Shown: piece after piece, positions 24,820 to 38,679 of the stretch | Numbering within the stretch: position 1 is the first letter of the stretch | How the letters are laid out: every line of letters starts with the position of its first letter | NCBI GenBank assembly: GCA_964188305.1 | Contig: OZ076887.1 | Reading direction: 5' to 3' (one strand) | Length of the DNA: 64,000 bases | Origin: Podarcis bocagei | Taxonomy: Eukaryota | The notes under the pieces: generated by a model | Databases searched by the model: none | What the model was told of the DNA's origin: nothing | Seen by the model: only the letters and a program-made list of their open reading frames with translations | Translations under genes and position numbers: made by a program

Positions 24820-26651
24820 ACTGAGGGCATTCTCAATTTAAAAAGTGACACATTATAAACACTGGAGAAGGGAGAAAGTAGTTTTGTAAGATGATTAAAG
24901 GAAGAACAATTCATTTATTGTGCCATGAACCTTCATAGGCAAGTCTTTCAATTTGTACGAAGCTTCAGTAATTTTTAATGTTTCAGTTTGTGCCTTCTGA
25001 TGTACAAAATGCTTTGAGATCATTGCTCCTTTCAGTTGCCTTATGAAGTAGATCACTATTGTTGTTGCTCTAAAACATTGGTTTCTGAGGCCTGAGGGAT
25101 TGTAAGACATTTTTCCAGCGAGTCTATAGTGTGCAGAGATAAAAGCCCCATACCTGATCCACTGGTTGATACTTGATAGCAAGACTTTTTTATCCATACT
25201 GCTACATAATAGGAGTATGCATTGCAGCTGCACAGCATGCCCTAAAATAGTAAGCCTGAATAATGTGATTGATTTGCTTTGAGCTACATCATGAAATCTT
25301 CCCTTTCGGCCAGCTGTTCTGGCAAGTTAAAATAATATCAAATATAAACAAATTCTACAAGATAGAAGAAAACATTATTGTTGACAGTGGAGCGAGTTTA
25401 AATGCTTTATTCCAGAATAGATTTTTATTTCGGCACCTTGGCTTTTTTTTATATTAGTTTATGTATGTCTGCGACAAGAAAATAGAATATAACTGTGCGC
25501 TAAATGGAATCTCTCCTGTAAAGTGGGTTTACTTAAATCAAAATTGTCTTGGTTTTATCTTCACTATAGGTTTAGAAAACTATAAAAGCTGCTTTAGTGC
25601 CCAATCATTATGCTTCAGATTAGTGCTTCACCTCTCTTTGTGGCAGGTTGAAGGACTCAACGTGTCATTTTATGGGCTTATCAAATTGGCTCATTAAGTG
25701 ACTAAAGGCATCATTCTCTTCTTTAATAGAAGAACTTTGTGCGCTCTTTCATCTCTTCCACCTCACCCTGCCACCTGACTCCTGAATTGTTTTTAGATTC
25801 ACAGTGCTCCCTGCTGCTGGTACAAGAATCTAGAACTGTGTAGGACTTTATATTCATCTATCACTTTAACAGGCTCTATTCAAAAACCAAATGTGGGTGT
25901 GTTACGGAGATAATGTGAAGCTATTGTTTAACCTACATACAAGCTTGACCCTCTTGGTCCTGGCACTAGAGTCTTAAGTTTCAACAATGCTATCCACTGC
26001 AATGCAAATATAGCACAATTTGCCCTGGTAATGTTTCCTTAAGAATTTCCAAATACTGGCAATTTGAATATTTCAGATCTCCCATTCTATATTGAAATTT
26101 AGTAGCTGGCTGTCAGCGGAAAGAAATTTCCAGATGCACAATAGCAGAGTAGGACGTGCTTGCATTCCATGAAAGGGGGAGTTGTGCTCTGAGCTGTCTG
26201 TTCAAGAACATCCTCTTGTGAATAGGAGGGCTGCAGTACAATTTCTCCTGCATTAAAGCCTGATAGAAGTTGGCACCTCAATTTGTGTTTCTCCATTAGG
26301 CCAGTGCTTTGTGGTGTATTTTAACAGCATTCAGGCTTGCCTTTATAGCCGTAGCCTGTTGAGTGTCTAGTGCAAGACTGTTGCTGAAGTCATTCTCCGA
26401 CTAGCATTGTGAAGCTGGCAGTACTCTGTGTTCCTGTCTGTTTTATACGGAACTGATTTAGCATGCTTTTAAAAATGTTAGCAGCATAACTATTGCTTTA
26501 AATGGTAATAAATGTACCCCATAGCTGTATAAGTGTAGATAACAGATCCATCTTTCCACTCAAAATGTATGTAGGTCTTTAAAATATCCAAAATGCTTAC
26601 ATTATATAAGCTGACTTGTTGTGTTTTGCTCACAAATTAACATTTTTAGAT

Positions 26652-26777
26652 CAGGGGAAGGGAACAAGTGGACCTTCAGGTATTGTTGGGCTCCCATTAG
26701 CCCCAGGCAGCAATGGCCAGGGTTAATGAGAGTTATAGTCTGACAACATCTAGAGGGCGCCACATTACCCATCCCTG
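26652..26777. mobile_element. Palindromic hAT MITE
   Basis: Termini caggg...ccctg; perfect 8-bp TSD ttttagat. Confidence 0.78.
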
Positions 26778-29577
26778 TTTTAGATTAACAATTGAGTTAC
26801 AACAGTGCAGAATGAGAAGTTGAGAGGGGGTGAGTATATTCCAAATCTGATGATAAAATCTATTTAAAGTAATACCTCTGGTCATCACATTCGGTTCCCG
26901 GATGGATTACAAAATGGAGATAATAAAGCCACACAATAAAAACAGCCAGCAGATAAAACCAGAGCAGTCAGCAAGAGTTTAAAATGCAGAAAAATACTTT
27001 AAAAGCCTGAGAGACTAAAAAGGGTTTTGCCTAGCACCAAAAATGAAGAAATGTTGGTGCCAAGTAAATGTCCCTGAGGATGGTGGTGCATTGATTGAGT
27101 GCCATAGCCAGAAGGGCTCTCTAGTTGGCATATGCTTCAGGTCTAATAAGGGAGAAGGAGACAGGGTGATATCTTAGGGTTACAGGATATAGGGTTGAAA
27201 GCATTCCTTCAACTACTTAGATTCCAACTATTAAAAAGGAGAGTTGGATCCAATTACCCATTCCATGGATGGGTCCCCCTTTATTAACTTCCTTGAGAAC
27301 CTTTGATATGTTGTTGGAATATCATATCAATATGGCTTAATCTAGGACATTTTAATTCTGTAAAATGTTACATATTTACTGTTAAATGGTAACTGTTGGA
27401 TGCTAGCCATCCTAAAGGTCTGAATCCTGCTTTAGCTTTTTGACACTTCCCCATTCTGGTCCTTTGAATGCCTGGCAGACTTCACAAACCATCACTGAAG
27501 TTTTGTGGTCAAAGACATATGGAAAGCCTTTCACAAATATATGTGTGTGTGACGCTGTGCATTCTCCTCTCCAATTAAGTGTGTCTGATTTGTGTTATGA
27601 CTTCGTAATAGTCTCGCTTCATACTTCTTCTTAATATTGTGTTCTCAGTTCTTGACCATTAACCTTGCTCTGTGCAAGGCCTGCTGAAACATCATATCTA
27701 ATTTAGTCCCCTGTGTGTGCATGTTCTCAGATGACTTAGTTGTGAAGAGACTTTTCTATGTTGACAGTGTGAAGGAAGCTAAGGGCTGGTCAGTATGATT
27801 TCTTTAGTTCATCATCATTATTATTATTATTTTGATAGCACCTGTTCTTTTGTTGCATGTATGCTGACTGGAGTGGGAGAGAAGGAATCTTCTCTTCTGT
27901 CCATGTTTAGCAATTTAGTTGAATTATGGAAAAACTTGTCCTCTGTTTTCTGTATTTGCTCATTTGGAAACCTTGTATAGTTTATAAAGACACTAGTGAT
28001 TTGTTCCCCAGCCTCCCTGTAGAGTTGGTTCCATATTACAATCTAATTCCACGTCCGTGTCGTGCACTCCTGAGCCGTTAATTTGTACATTTCGATGCAG
28101 TTTGTTTCATCGTGTTTTTGTAATCCAAACTGAATGTAACGAGCTGTGTGCTTTTGGGACCTTGCCTTGCCTTGCCAATTAGAACAAGTGGTTACTGAGA
28201 GAGAGTATGTTTTAAATAAAACATGGCACCGCTGAGTGGGATTAAAATCCTTTGGGAGTAAAAGGAACTGTTTAACTCTTTCTCTTCAAAAAGGAGACCA
28301 ACCTATGAGAGAGTGAATTTGAAAATGCCAATAATACATTCCTTTTTTGAAGGGTAGCCAAATTCATCCTTTCTTATTGTCATAATGTTTGTCATTAGAA
28401 ACATGCATTATTCAGAGTTGTTTGTGGTTTATAGAAATACAGTACAATGCTCCATGTCTTCAAGGCTTCTGCTAATTGATAGCAAGCGGGGTGGGTGAGC
28501 GAAAGACAAGAATTACCTAAACACCCTCTTTCTTTATTGCTCTCCCGACTTAGAATGACAAGCAATTAAAATACTAACCTTGATAGACCTAGAATCATTG
28601 TGGCCTCCAAGAATTATGGTGAGAAGATTAATTTAACTTGTTGCTGGCATTAATTGGCTTGTAATGAGCACTGGCCTCCTGTGAACACTTTCAAAATAAG
28701 AAGGTCATACTGAACTGCTAATAAACCCTGTTATAGGTGGGGTAGGAGGTGGCCCAAGGTGCCATCATTTCAATTCAGTAAGTATACCATTCCCAACAAA
28801 TTTCTTGACTGTTACATAGTATTGTTTGTCAAGACAGATATATATATATATATCTATACAGGACTTCAGGGGGTGTATCTTCCGTGCTGACTTCTTGCAG
28901 CATTGCCAGAAACTAGCCACTGGTGTCTTGTGTACATTATGATTCACCAAAAACAAACTTACCTCTTGAGAATGGTAGAAAGTGTCAAAGAATTACTCAA
29001 GGATACACAGAGTAAAATAGAAACCATTTATTTTCTTGTAAGCTCTGTTTACCTCAGGACAAAGTTGTTTCCAGTGAAACAATATGAACCATATTTCTTC
29101 TTTACTTCGATAATGGTTAGTAGGTCTTAGGCCTTGCCCTCTTCCCGGAGTTGTTTATCTTCTTCTAAAAGGAAGACACAGGCAGTGTACTTGGAGGCAA
29201 TGCCTTTTTGTGGGTTACCTTTAAAGCACAAAAATGCAGTTCATTTCTGTATAGCCCATCGCCCATTGTATTCCTGACATGATTGTGACTGCATCTTTCT
29301 TCTTATTTGTTAAACTGTAATGGACACTCCTGGCTTTATGTATAATGTAAAATGATGACCCCAAATGCCATTTACCCACTTCGTTTTAGGGGCCCTATAA
29401 CACACTATGCAGAGGCAAAGCCTGGTTTGTTAGAGTAATGCACAGAGGCAAGTACAAATTAAGTCATATTAATTTAAAAACCTGCTTTCTGATCTCTCAA
29501 ACATTTTTTCTCCATGTGTGGAAGGTGCCTAACTGGAATTCACAAGTTTGAGTTCAGATACTGGAATATAAGAAGTA

Positions 29578-29803
29578 CAGTGGTACCTCGGGTTACATAC
29601 GCTTCAGGTTACAGATTCCGCTAACCCAGAAATATTACCTTGGGTTAAGAACTTTGCTTCAGGATGAGAACAGAAATTGTGCTCCATCGGCGTGGCAGCA
29701 GCAGGAGGCCCCATTAGCTAAAGTGGTGCTTCAGGTTAAGAACAGTTTCAGGTTAAGTACGGACCTCCGGAATGAATTAAGTACTTAACCCGAGGTACCA
29801 CTG
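29578..29803 (+). mobile_element. Tigger-like MITE family A, copy 3
   Basis: Same TIRs and internal sequence; TA TSD. Confidence 0.92.
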
Positions 29804-32677
29804 TAGTGCCTTTGACTGCAACTGGTGTTCATAAGTGATGTACGAAAGACACATTGAGGCCTTTCTTCCAGCTGACCATAGGCATTATTAAGGAATGTAG
29901 GTGAAGTGTTGTTTCTTTTTGAGCGTGTTTGTGTGTGAGAGAAGGGGGGGGGTAGTTTGCAACTTCAGAACAAATATCTAAAATTGTGCTAAAAAGCAGT
30001 TACGTAGGAAGGAAACCAGGACACAGGCTTGAGCATTGGCTAATGGATCTCGGCAGCCTACTGCTTTAGGAGATGAGTTGCCAGATGCGCCAATAGTTCA
30101 CTACACAGTGCATTACACTCTTCAGGTCATGTGCTTTCAAAAGCATGAAAAACTGTTGCCAGGTCAGGGCAGAATCATAGCAGAGCATTTGTCACTTCAG
30201 GAATAAAATTTGAATTCCCTGCTTCTGTTTCCCTCTTGTGGTGCTTCTTACAAGAGCAGCAAAACACCTATCTGATAACCTATATCCATTTCCGCTCCCC
30301 CCAAAGTGACTGGCTGAGAAATTATCTTGAAGATAATAACCAGGCAGTGGTGCTTTCTGAAGTATATGTTTATAAATCTCCCAATAGTGTGGGCTTAGTT
30401 AACAGTTTTAATGCAGCTTTTCTGAGCATGTTTGCTATTCATTGTCTTAACTACAAACCTCATTGATGTATTGTGTAGTTTGATCCATAAAGAGAATTTC
30501 AGGATCTTTTTAAGAAGATGTTTTTATGCAGCTAGCATCTTAAATTGACTAACTCCCTTAAAAAGAAATATGCAATACTTCACATTCACTAGTCTATGCT
30601 TGAAAGCAAGATCCTTCTGAATTTTGTCTTTATTATGCCAATTCTAAAGTTTAGTTACATCAATTATGAATTGATATTATTTAGCCCCATTCCTTTGAAT
30701 GCAAGTTCTCTAATATTGCAAGATATCATATATCAAGTATATAGTTAATACTGCCTCTATCTTCTTTCATGTTCATATCTGGCAAATGTGAGATGTCCAG
30801 AATTATACTAACCAATATTAGTTTTTATTACAGTTATGTAACTCCCTTAGCTTCAGTATTGTAGCACACAAGCAGAGACCACCACTCATGTCTCAGGGAA
30901 CTCAATTGATCAGTTTATTGTTTGGTTAATAACACTGTCATTTTCTTGGATACCACAGAGTTAGGCACTTACTAAAAAGAGATCAGTTGCCAAAATAAGG
31001 AGCAATGCTCTGTACATGAGTTCCTTCCTAAAAGAGCATTATGAAGGTAGCAGTACTGTGTCCTCTCTTTAAGAGGGCATACTTGGACCCAGGAGTGCTT
31101 AACAACTATTGCCCATGTCATGGAATTTGAATCAAGTAGTATTCATCCTTGCTCATGCCACATCACCAATAATAAAGATTCTGGAATTGGCCCTTCATTA
31201 CAATTGATGCAGAATTGTTCTTTGATACACAACTAGATCGTGTTGTCTCAGCAATAGTGACTGCATGATAGTTTCATAATACGTGTGTGTGTGTGTTTTG
31301 TTAACAACACTATTTCTTTTCAGATTTTGTTGGAAATGCAGGTTTTGACTTTACTTGGTTTTGCTGTTTCATCTTATTGCAGCCTGTTTTGATGTCATTA
31401 GACTCAATGGAGGACAGTGAAAAGGCTGTGCTTGAATAACCTGATTACCTTTTTCGTTACACAGATGAATTACTAACTGTTGATTCATTTGCCATTTGCG
31501 ATCCATGGAAAGGGATAGGATTGCATATTCTGCCAGCGTTATGCAGTGTAAAATGATGTAGCGATATTAAGGCAAGCCGTAGAATGTTTATATACATACC
31601 AGAAGAAACTATATTTGGTATTAAACTGAGAAGTGGCTAAACTTTACTTTGCCACGTGTTAGCAACCTGATGCGCTGTTGTAGCTGTTTTAATTAAACCT
31701 ACAGTCTTACCAGATTTCTGGCTGAAATTTTCCAGAAGTAGTTTAATTCAGCGCCCTTCCCTTCAACCATGACTCTGCATTTTTGGGTGCATAAGACACT
31801 TGACCTTAAAAAAACCCCAAAAAGCTCAGAAGCAACATGGGCTGGAAGCTTAGAATGGAAATAGTTCTAATTAAAGAGCAACATATGGCCTTATTCAAGA
31901 GTAAAAAGCTTTTGATAATAGTTCTGAGGGTTTAAAAGTCAAATTAAATATGCATAGTCAATCAGTTTTTGTTGATTTGCATAATGCATAGCAAGGACTG
32001 CTTCACTGTATACATTAGGACTTTCTGTCTAAACACAAAATGTTACAGAATTACTGGCCTTGCTTCAAATACTGAAGACAATTGTATTTTAATGCTTACA
32101 TTTTTACTTTCTATATTTAGCATGTTTAATTTTAATAATGCCTATAGCCATTGTGTTGGCTCCCACAGATGAAACTTTTATATGCTGACCCTAAAGGCAA
32201 GCATGCTTAGGAAGTAATAATGCAGTTTAACTCACATTTAGCGCTACCAGTGGCCTCACAACTACACACATATAAAAGTGATGCATTTCCTACCCAGCAT
32301 TCTTACGAGTGTATCTGTTGGTCCTATCACCCACAGCTGTGTGAATCAGCCCTTTAGCTTTCTGTAGCTTATTATATCTAACTAGTAGTTTTATGCAGCA
32401 CAAGAGACTCTTCTCAAACATAAATGTACCATTATGAAAAGGAGTTGAGGGCCTTCAGATACTGTTTGACAATTAGATGTTAAGACCCCTATAGTATTTA
32501 TTTTTAAATGATCCCTTGTTTTTCCCCAGAAATGCTGCTTCCAGATGTGTGTATATAATCAATAACCCTCTTTTTATACCATCCGTGGTTGAAGGCTACT
32601 GCTGTTGTCTGATAAAAGCACCTCTCTGTGTCACATAACTATAAGCAGTAGACTTTGCTAAGAAGTCATAGTCTATA

Positions 32678-32904
32678 CAGTCATACCTTGGAAGTCGAAC
32701 GGAATCTGTTCTGGAAGTCCGTTCGATTTCTAAAATGTTCGGAAACCAAAGCGTGGCTTCTGATTCCTGAAGCCAATTGGAAGCCACGCCGGACGTTCAG
32801 CTTCTGAAAATCATTTGAAAACCGTAACACTCACTTCTGGGTTTTGATCATTCAGGAGCCAATTTGTTCAGGAGCCAAGACATTTGAGATCCAAGGTATG
32901 GCTG
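32678..32904. mobile_element. Tigger-like MITE, family B
   Basis: TIR cagtcataccttgga / tccaaggtatggctg; TA on both sides. Confidence 0.8.
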
Positions 32905-33079
32905 TAGTTTACATTTACATGATTTTATGATGATCTTGTCCAAGGCTTTCTGCCTTAAATATGTACATACCACACTGAGTTGCTTTCTGAGAGTGGTGTG
33001 GCGAAAGCAACCTCTCAATTCAAGGCAGGCTCTCCAAAAGTATTCATCACCTCTCTTAAAATCTGGCTTCCTCATCACT

Positions 33080-33272
33080 TATTTATGTATTTATTTATTT
33101 GCTACATTTGCATCTTACCTTTCCTGCAAGATATTCAAGTGTCATCCATACTCTCCTGCCCTTCATTTTATCCTCTCAGCAACCATGTGAGGGAGGTCAG
33201 GCTAGAAGTGTGTGACTGGTCCAAAGCCACCATGTGAGAGTTTCATGGCTGAGTAGGATTTTGAATCCCTGG
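33080..33272 (-). mobile_element. Old core/MIR-like SINE fragment
   Basis: ttttatcctc.cagcaacc.tgtgagg.aggt.aggct...gtgtgactggtccaa..ccacc...ttcatggctgagt.ggatttgaa with a (ttta)n end. Confidence 0.55.
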
Positions 33273-33306
33273 TGCAACTTACTCAAAAGCTCCTTAAATC
33301 ACAGTA

Positions 33307-33465
33307 ATGGGCATGGCACAGCCAAGGGAGGGCAGGGAGGGGCAGCTGCCCCCAATCAATAAAACCAATAAAAATACATAGCACTGAGGTTCTGCCCCCA
33401 CAACAAATTGCTTCCCCCCCAGTAAAAGGCCTGCCCCCTAACAAAAATCCTGGCTTACGCCCATG
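33307..33465. mobile_element. hAT-type MITE
   Basis: Termini atgggc...agccaagg / cctggcttacgcccatg with repeated ctgcccc subterminal motifs. Confidence 0.6.
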
Positions 33466-34346
33466 TTGCTCAGTGTAACGATTTTAATCTGATCACCTTT
33501 TCCCCCTCTGTGTTTACATTTGAATAAAAAGTACCTGTAAATAGCGCAGTAGTAGTAGGCAGCTTTTCATTCTGGGCACCAAAGAGCCCATCAATCCATC
33601 TCACAAACCATCTCACAACAGGTATGCCACCTAGTTATTGCTGTTGTTTCCATTAATGCATAAGGCAAATCTCCTTTCCATCTGGGTTCTTAGAGCAGCC
33701 TGATACCCCTTTTCATGTGACCTCACCATGCAATTGATTTGACACCGTCTGATCTGCTAGTGTGAGGCAGGTATGAGATTTCCAAGGGAATTGGGCAAGA
33801 CTTGGCTCAGAGGGCTTATGGCAGGGAGTGAAAGCAACTGGGGCATCTGGTAGGACTGCTTATTCCTTTCCCTTCTGAGTTGCAGATGTCTTTTGAACAT
33901 GTTTGGAACAGTTCACAGCCAATGAAGACACTGTCCTTTTGCCAGCTGAAGCAAGGTTTATGTTGCCTTAGAGAAGGCTGCTTCTGGCACATACTGTTCT
34001 GGTATCTGTTGACAATTAGAAGCTAAAACCTCTGTAGTTGCACTCCAATGGCTTTCTTGGCACTTAGACTAATATTTTTCCTTGATAAAAATGAATTTGT
34101 CTTCTGAATTATACCTGTTGATCTGAAGCAAATGGAAAATGTTCTGCGTGAAGTCTCAACCTTTTACCTTTCTGATTTTTCCTGCTGACTGTAAACTGAA
34201 ATTATTGTTGTTAAAAGAAATTCTCTCCTGTGTAAGTTAATATTGGATTGTACAGAAAAGGTATTAACAGGCTCTCAGATGTGCCCTGCCCTATTAGCAA
34301 GAATATACAGTGATACAAAAATGAATTTGTCAAGAGTTTTATAGCT

Positions 34347-34478
34347 NNNNNNNNNNNNNNNNNNNNNNNNNNNNNNNNNNNNNNNNNNNNNNNNNNNNNN
34401 NNNNNNNNNNNNNNNNNNNNNNNNNNNNNNNNNNNNNNNNNNNNNNNNNNNNNNNNNNNNNNNNNNNNNNNNNNNNNN
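34347..34478. other. Assembly gap
   Basis: Run of N. Confidence 0.99.
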
Positions 34479-34758
34479 CTTCCCTGCTAGAATATTAAAA
34501 TTAATTGTAGTATAAGCAGGGCCTTGCTTGAAGTAGAATCCTCCTACAAAGATTATAGTGTGAATTTATTTCTGTACTTTGTGCTTGCTTTATTGCATGA
34601 AGAAATTGCTGTCTCACACCATCAAGGGTATGAGGCATGAGAGTGGTGGAGGACATATTACAAATGTTCGGGTTAAGAGATCTTTTATATTATTGTCCAT
34701 GTCAGATCTAGGTAACCTAGCTGTTAATACTTTCATCTTTAAAGAACGTAGTGTAAGC

Positions 34759-34945
34759 AGTTACAGATAGGTAGCCGTGTTGGTCTGCCATAGTCAAAAT
34801 AAATAAAAAAAATTCCTTCCAGTAGCACCTTAAAGACCAACTAAGTTAGTTCTTGGTATGAGCTTTCGTGTGCATGCACACTTCTTCAGATACACTGAAA
34901 CAGAAGTTGCCAGATCCTTCTATATAGTGAGAAGGTGGGGAGGGT
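34759..34945 (-). mobile_element. Penelope-like element pLTR, second copy of the same young family
   Basis: The reverse complement of 34759-34893 matches 19777-19906 except for the length of the T-rich tract. Confidence 0.85.
34856..34893 (-). ncRNA. Minimal hammerhead ribozyme motif, antisense to ZFAND3
   Basis: Minus strand reads gtat-CTGAAGA-a-gtgtgcatgcacac-GAAA-gctc-atac, with a 4-bp stem I. Confidence 0.72.
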
Positions 34946-36203
34946 GGGTAGTGGAAGCAGAGTAACTTTGATTGTGTGTTCGCGTGCCACAGTTTCCTTC
35001 TTTTTACCTTCAAGTTTTCTTAATGTAATGCATATGACAACACTCTTTGACTAGAAGAGGGTGGGGTTTTTTTTGGCTCTTTTGTTTATTTGCAACTTGA
35101 TCAGCCTTGCTGTTCAAACATACATTGGCACTGCCATGAAAGCTTGGATTCCACCTTGTTCCAGTAGTGAGATGCATGCCAGTCGTCTGCAACTAGATCT
35201 ATGGCTGGCATCCAAAGAACAACTTTAGGCATGCCTCATGTTTTATTTAAACAGCAGGTCCTTATGCCATAAAACAGATTTTTGAAACTCTCCTCTGGTT
35301 CAAAGTGAGTGCTACATGGCATGAAAGCCAAAAGCCCTTTAGACACACACAATGAGTTGTGCATTACATTACGAGTTGTGCATTACATTTCTTTGGACCT
35401 TGGCCTGTGTGAGTATTGTATAGTTACCATCCTATGTTATGTGCCTGTCATGGATGAGAACATTCAGCCCATGGCTGCACATCTGGGTGGTCTTCACATG
35501 AAGTGAATAGAAAGTTAGAAGTGAAGGGAAACCCACCCCAACCTTTATAAGTTGAAGTGAATCTAGACTTGCTACTGTCACCTACAAGCTGTAGCAAATA
35601 GGCTGATGGATGTTGACCTCAGGTCCAACTTAAGTGGCTAGATAGCAGGCCACTTGATCTATTCTTTGCAGATTTTGGAATGTCTTTTTAAATGTGTTTG
35701 TCACCTGATTAAAGAAACTTAGATGATTTATTACATGACCTCTTAATGTATTAAATTTGAAAAAAACACAATAGTTGAACAATGAGAAAAAATAAATATT
35801 TGTATTTAATTTGACTTTATTTAGAATATTCATTTCCTGCCTTTCAACAAAATTCTTAGGGTAGCTAACACTCAAATACATTAATAAAAATACAAAGAAG
35901 GCAAAATATCAAAAATACAGGATAAAAATGCAAATTCCTAGAAATGGAAGTAGCCTCAAATCCCATGACAAAGATAAACTTTAGGTGCATAATATATTTT
36001 AGGCATGGGGGAATGAAAAGCTTTTTAGCTGAATCCAAAAAGATATCAAGGAAGATGCTAGGTGACCCTCCTTGGAGAGGGCATTCCAACCATTAAAAAT
36101 GTTCTTCCCCAAAGCCACCTGCATTTCACTTGGCAAGGGGGCACATAGAGAAGAGCTCTCAAATTCTAGAAAGATGCATGTGGAGACAGACAATCCTTTA
36201 AGG

Positions 36204-36317
36204 TGGGATGAGGAACATGTGTCACAACAGATATGGCTGCATTTCAGCTCCCATCAACTCCAGACAGCATACCGGGGTGATAACATCTGGAGGAGGAACA
36301 CAGGTTCCCCACTCCTG
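36204..36317. mobile_element. Palindromic hAT MITE
   Basis: Perfect 8-bp TSD ctttaagg; family core ctcccatca...acatctggagg...caggttccccactcctg. Confidence 0.75.
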
Positions 36318-38290
36318 CTTTAAGGTGACCTGGTTCTAAACAATAAATAGGCTTCAAAAGTTAAAACCAGCACTTGGATTTGCTTGGAAGCAGACTGGAG
36401 CCAGTGCAGTTGGCAAAGCACCCGCATGAGATGCTTCTACTGTTCAGTCCCAGTTAGCAAAGTTCTATATAGTCTGCCAGATTGATTGCACGTTGTGTCG
36501 TGCTGAAGTAGAAAATCTGTATAAAGTATAAAGTTGTGGGTTGGTTTTTTATTTTATTTTGATCTTATTGCCTTATCAACCGACACATATTTTACAAGAC
36601 GAATCCCCTTGCAGTTCAGTTTGCTAAAGCAAAGCATGGTATCTGCACAAGGAGAGGTGTGTAGAATTGAGGATTAAATGTTTCATCTCTACATGGCTGT
36701 GGTTTATGCTGCCACCTATCTGGCTTATTGTTTCCTCCTGGATACATTATTTCCCCACTAAGCAGCTTTTCATATCCTTGCTTTTAGATCTTGCTTCCAG
36801 AAGTGAGTGATGTTTGCAGAGCTGTCTGTTTGCGGTACACTGCAGCATGCATTAAGCAGAAATCTCTGTTATTTGGAGTTGAAGTTTTCATCTTAAAGCC
36901 TTGATGGAGATCCCTGTCTCATGTTATCAGTGTTGAGAATTCTTCACAAATCTGAAGAATTCAGCAACCTTGTCTCTTTTAAATCTGCATGTCCCAGCCT
37001 TGTTGGGGTATTATAATGGCATATATGGGGACTTCCTGTAAAAACAGATGGATATTAATTTATTAAATAGCTTCCTTTTTGGTATTTACTCTTAAGAGGG
37101 AGGAAATAAGCAACATTTTTATTCTTAAGTTTGTAAATATCCTGTAACCTCACCTCTCTTCTGCTGCCTTCCCATATGTATCTGTGGGAAATGTGATCTG
37201 CATTTTTAAAGTACCAGCCTGCTATTTATGCTGTCTGTTATTTAAATTGATTGGGTCTTTTCTTTTAACTCTTGTAATGGGGTTTCAGAACTGTTTTGTT
37301 TCCTGGTCTAAGCTTTTTAAATTTGTTCACCCTTGAAGAGCACTGAGCTATGTGCCGAATAAATAGTTTGTGTCTCTGCTTATTACCTTTTCTGAGAAAA
37401 GAAAACAAGTTTTAAAGCCGCAGCTGACAGTGCTGGTTGGATCTACATGATTTTTATTTTTTTTAATGATGGAGGGATGAAAAATGGAAATGGGAACTAA
37501 ATTCAGTGAATCGTCAGAAGGTGACTAAAACACGATTTAAATTTTAGTGATGTTGCCAGGTTCTGTCACTCCACTTATTCTGCTCAGAAATATATTATCA
37601 GATCAGTGTTTGGAAGAGAACTCTCATCCAGTTTGGCTGTTTTTAATTAGGGTAAAGAAATTGGAGTGTAATGTGATATTGGGTGTTCCTCCCTCCCTTT
37701 ACCAATTATATCTGACCCAGGTTAGCCACACTAAGTGCAGATATAATAGTGCCAAAAACCTAGCTGGTTCCTAAAAGGAAGTGGTAGAGTAGATGGATTG
37801 GGGTAGGGAGTTTTGAGGTATGTGTTCCTGAGATTTCAGCCCTACTTAATAATGGCAATATAGTGTTGTGTCTGTAGTGGTCCTCCTAAAGCATATATTA
37901 ACTTCCTTTCCACTTTATTGTGTAGTGGAAAAGATTGAGGTGACCAAATGGAGCCCCCCAGTATTTTGTACCCCCACTATCCCTTCTGGATTTCACTGAA
38001 AACTCACTTAAAGTAACAAGCCAGGGTAGGCACACAACCCTGTAGCACTAGTAATTTTCTAGGTAGGGGGAAATCTTGTAAGCTGCTAGATGGCAGAATC
38101 AATGCTATACGAAAATCCAGCATTCACCGGGAAACAATTAAAAAGCAAATGGTTGGAGTGGCCTGGAAAATAGAAAATATAGATATATTTTTCTGAGGTG
38201 GGTGGATGTTCCCCAGATGAATATGCACTGTGTCTGATTGGAAGGGCTGGTAGGAAAGGATGTCTACTGCTAGATACCCACTACTCTTGT

Positions 38291-38560
38291 CAGGGGAGCC
38301 AACTTGGGCCCCAGGTTATGGGTGCTCAGTGCACGTGACATCATGACAAGACGGCGCACCCCCCAGCCTTAGAATATGAATTGTGGTGGCACCAGAAGTT
38401 GGGTTATGAGGTCTCGGAATGCCTCGGCCTCAGAGATGCTATCTGAGGCTTTGCGAGACCTCAGAAATTGCGTTAGGGGCCATGCGGTGTGGGTGCTGAG
38501 CACCCACAACAATTTTTTGTGGGTGCTTGGGCACTCAGAGCGCCCTATAGTTGGCGCCCC
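38291..38560. mobile_element. hAT-type MITE with internal hairpin
   Basis: Termini caggggagccaact / agttggcgcccc; repeated gggtgct(c/g)ag motifs; internal inverted gaggtctcg...cgagacctc. Confidence 0.6.
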
Positions 38561-38679
38561 AACTCCAGCAAAAATAGTGAGGCTTGCTTTCTGTATAGTG
38601 GATTGTACATGTATCCCTTCACTCTTCCCAATAGGTGGGGGGGGGCCCGCAGGGCGGAGAGATTTAAAGTCAGTTAGTT

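Noticed and set aside
35354-35389. Short direct duplications (also 1408-1446 and about 40300-40331)
   Set aside because: Ordinary slippage or repair duplications with no sign of function.
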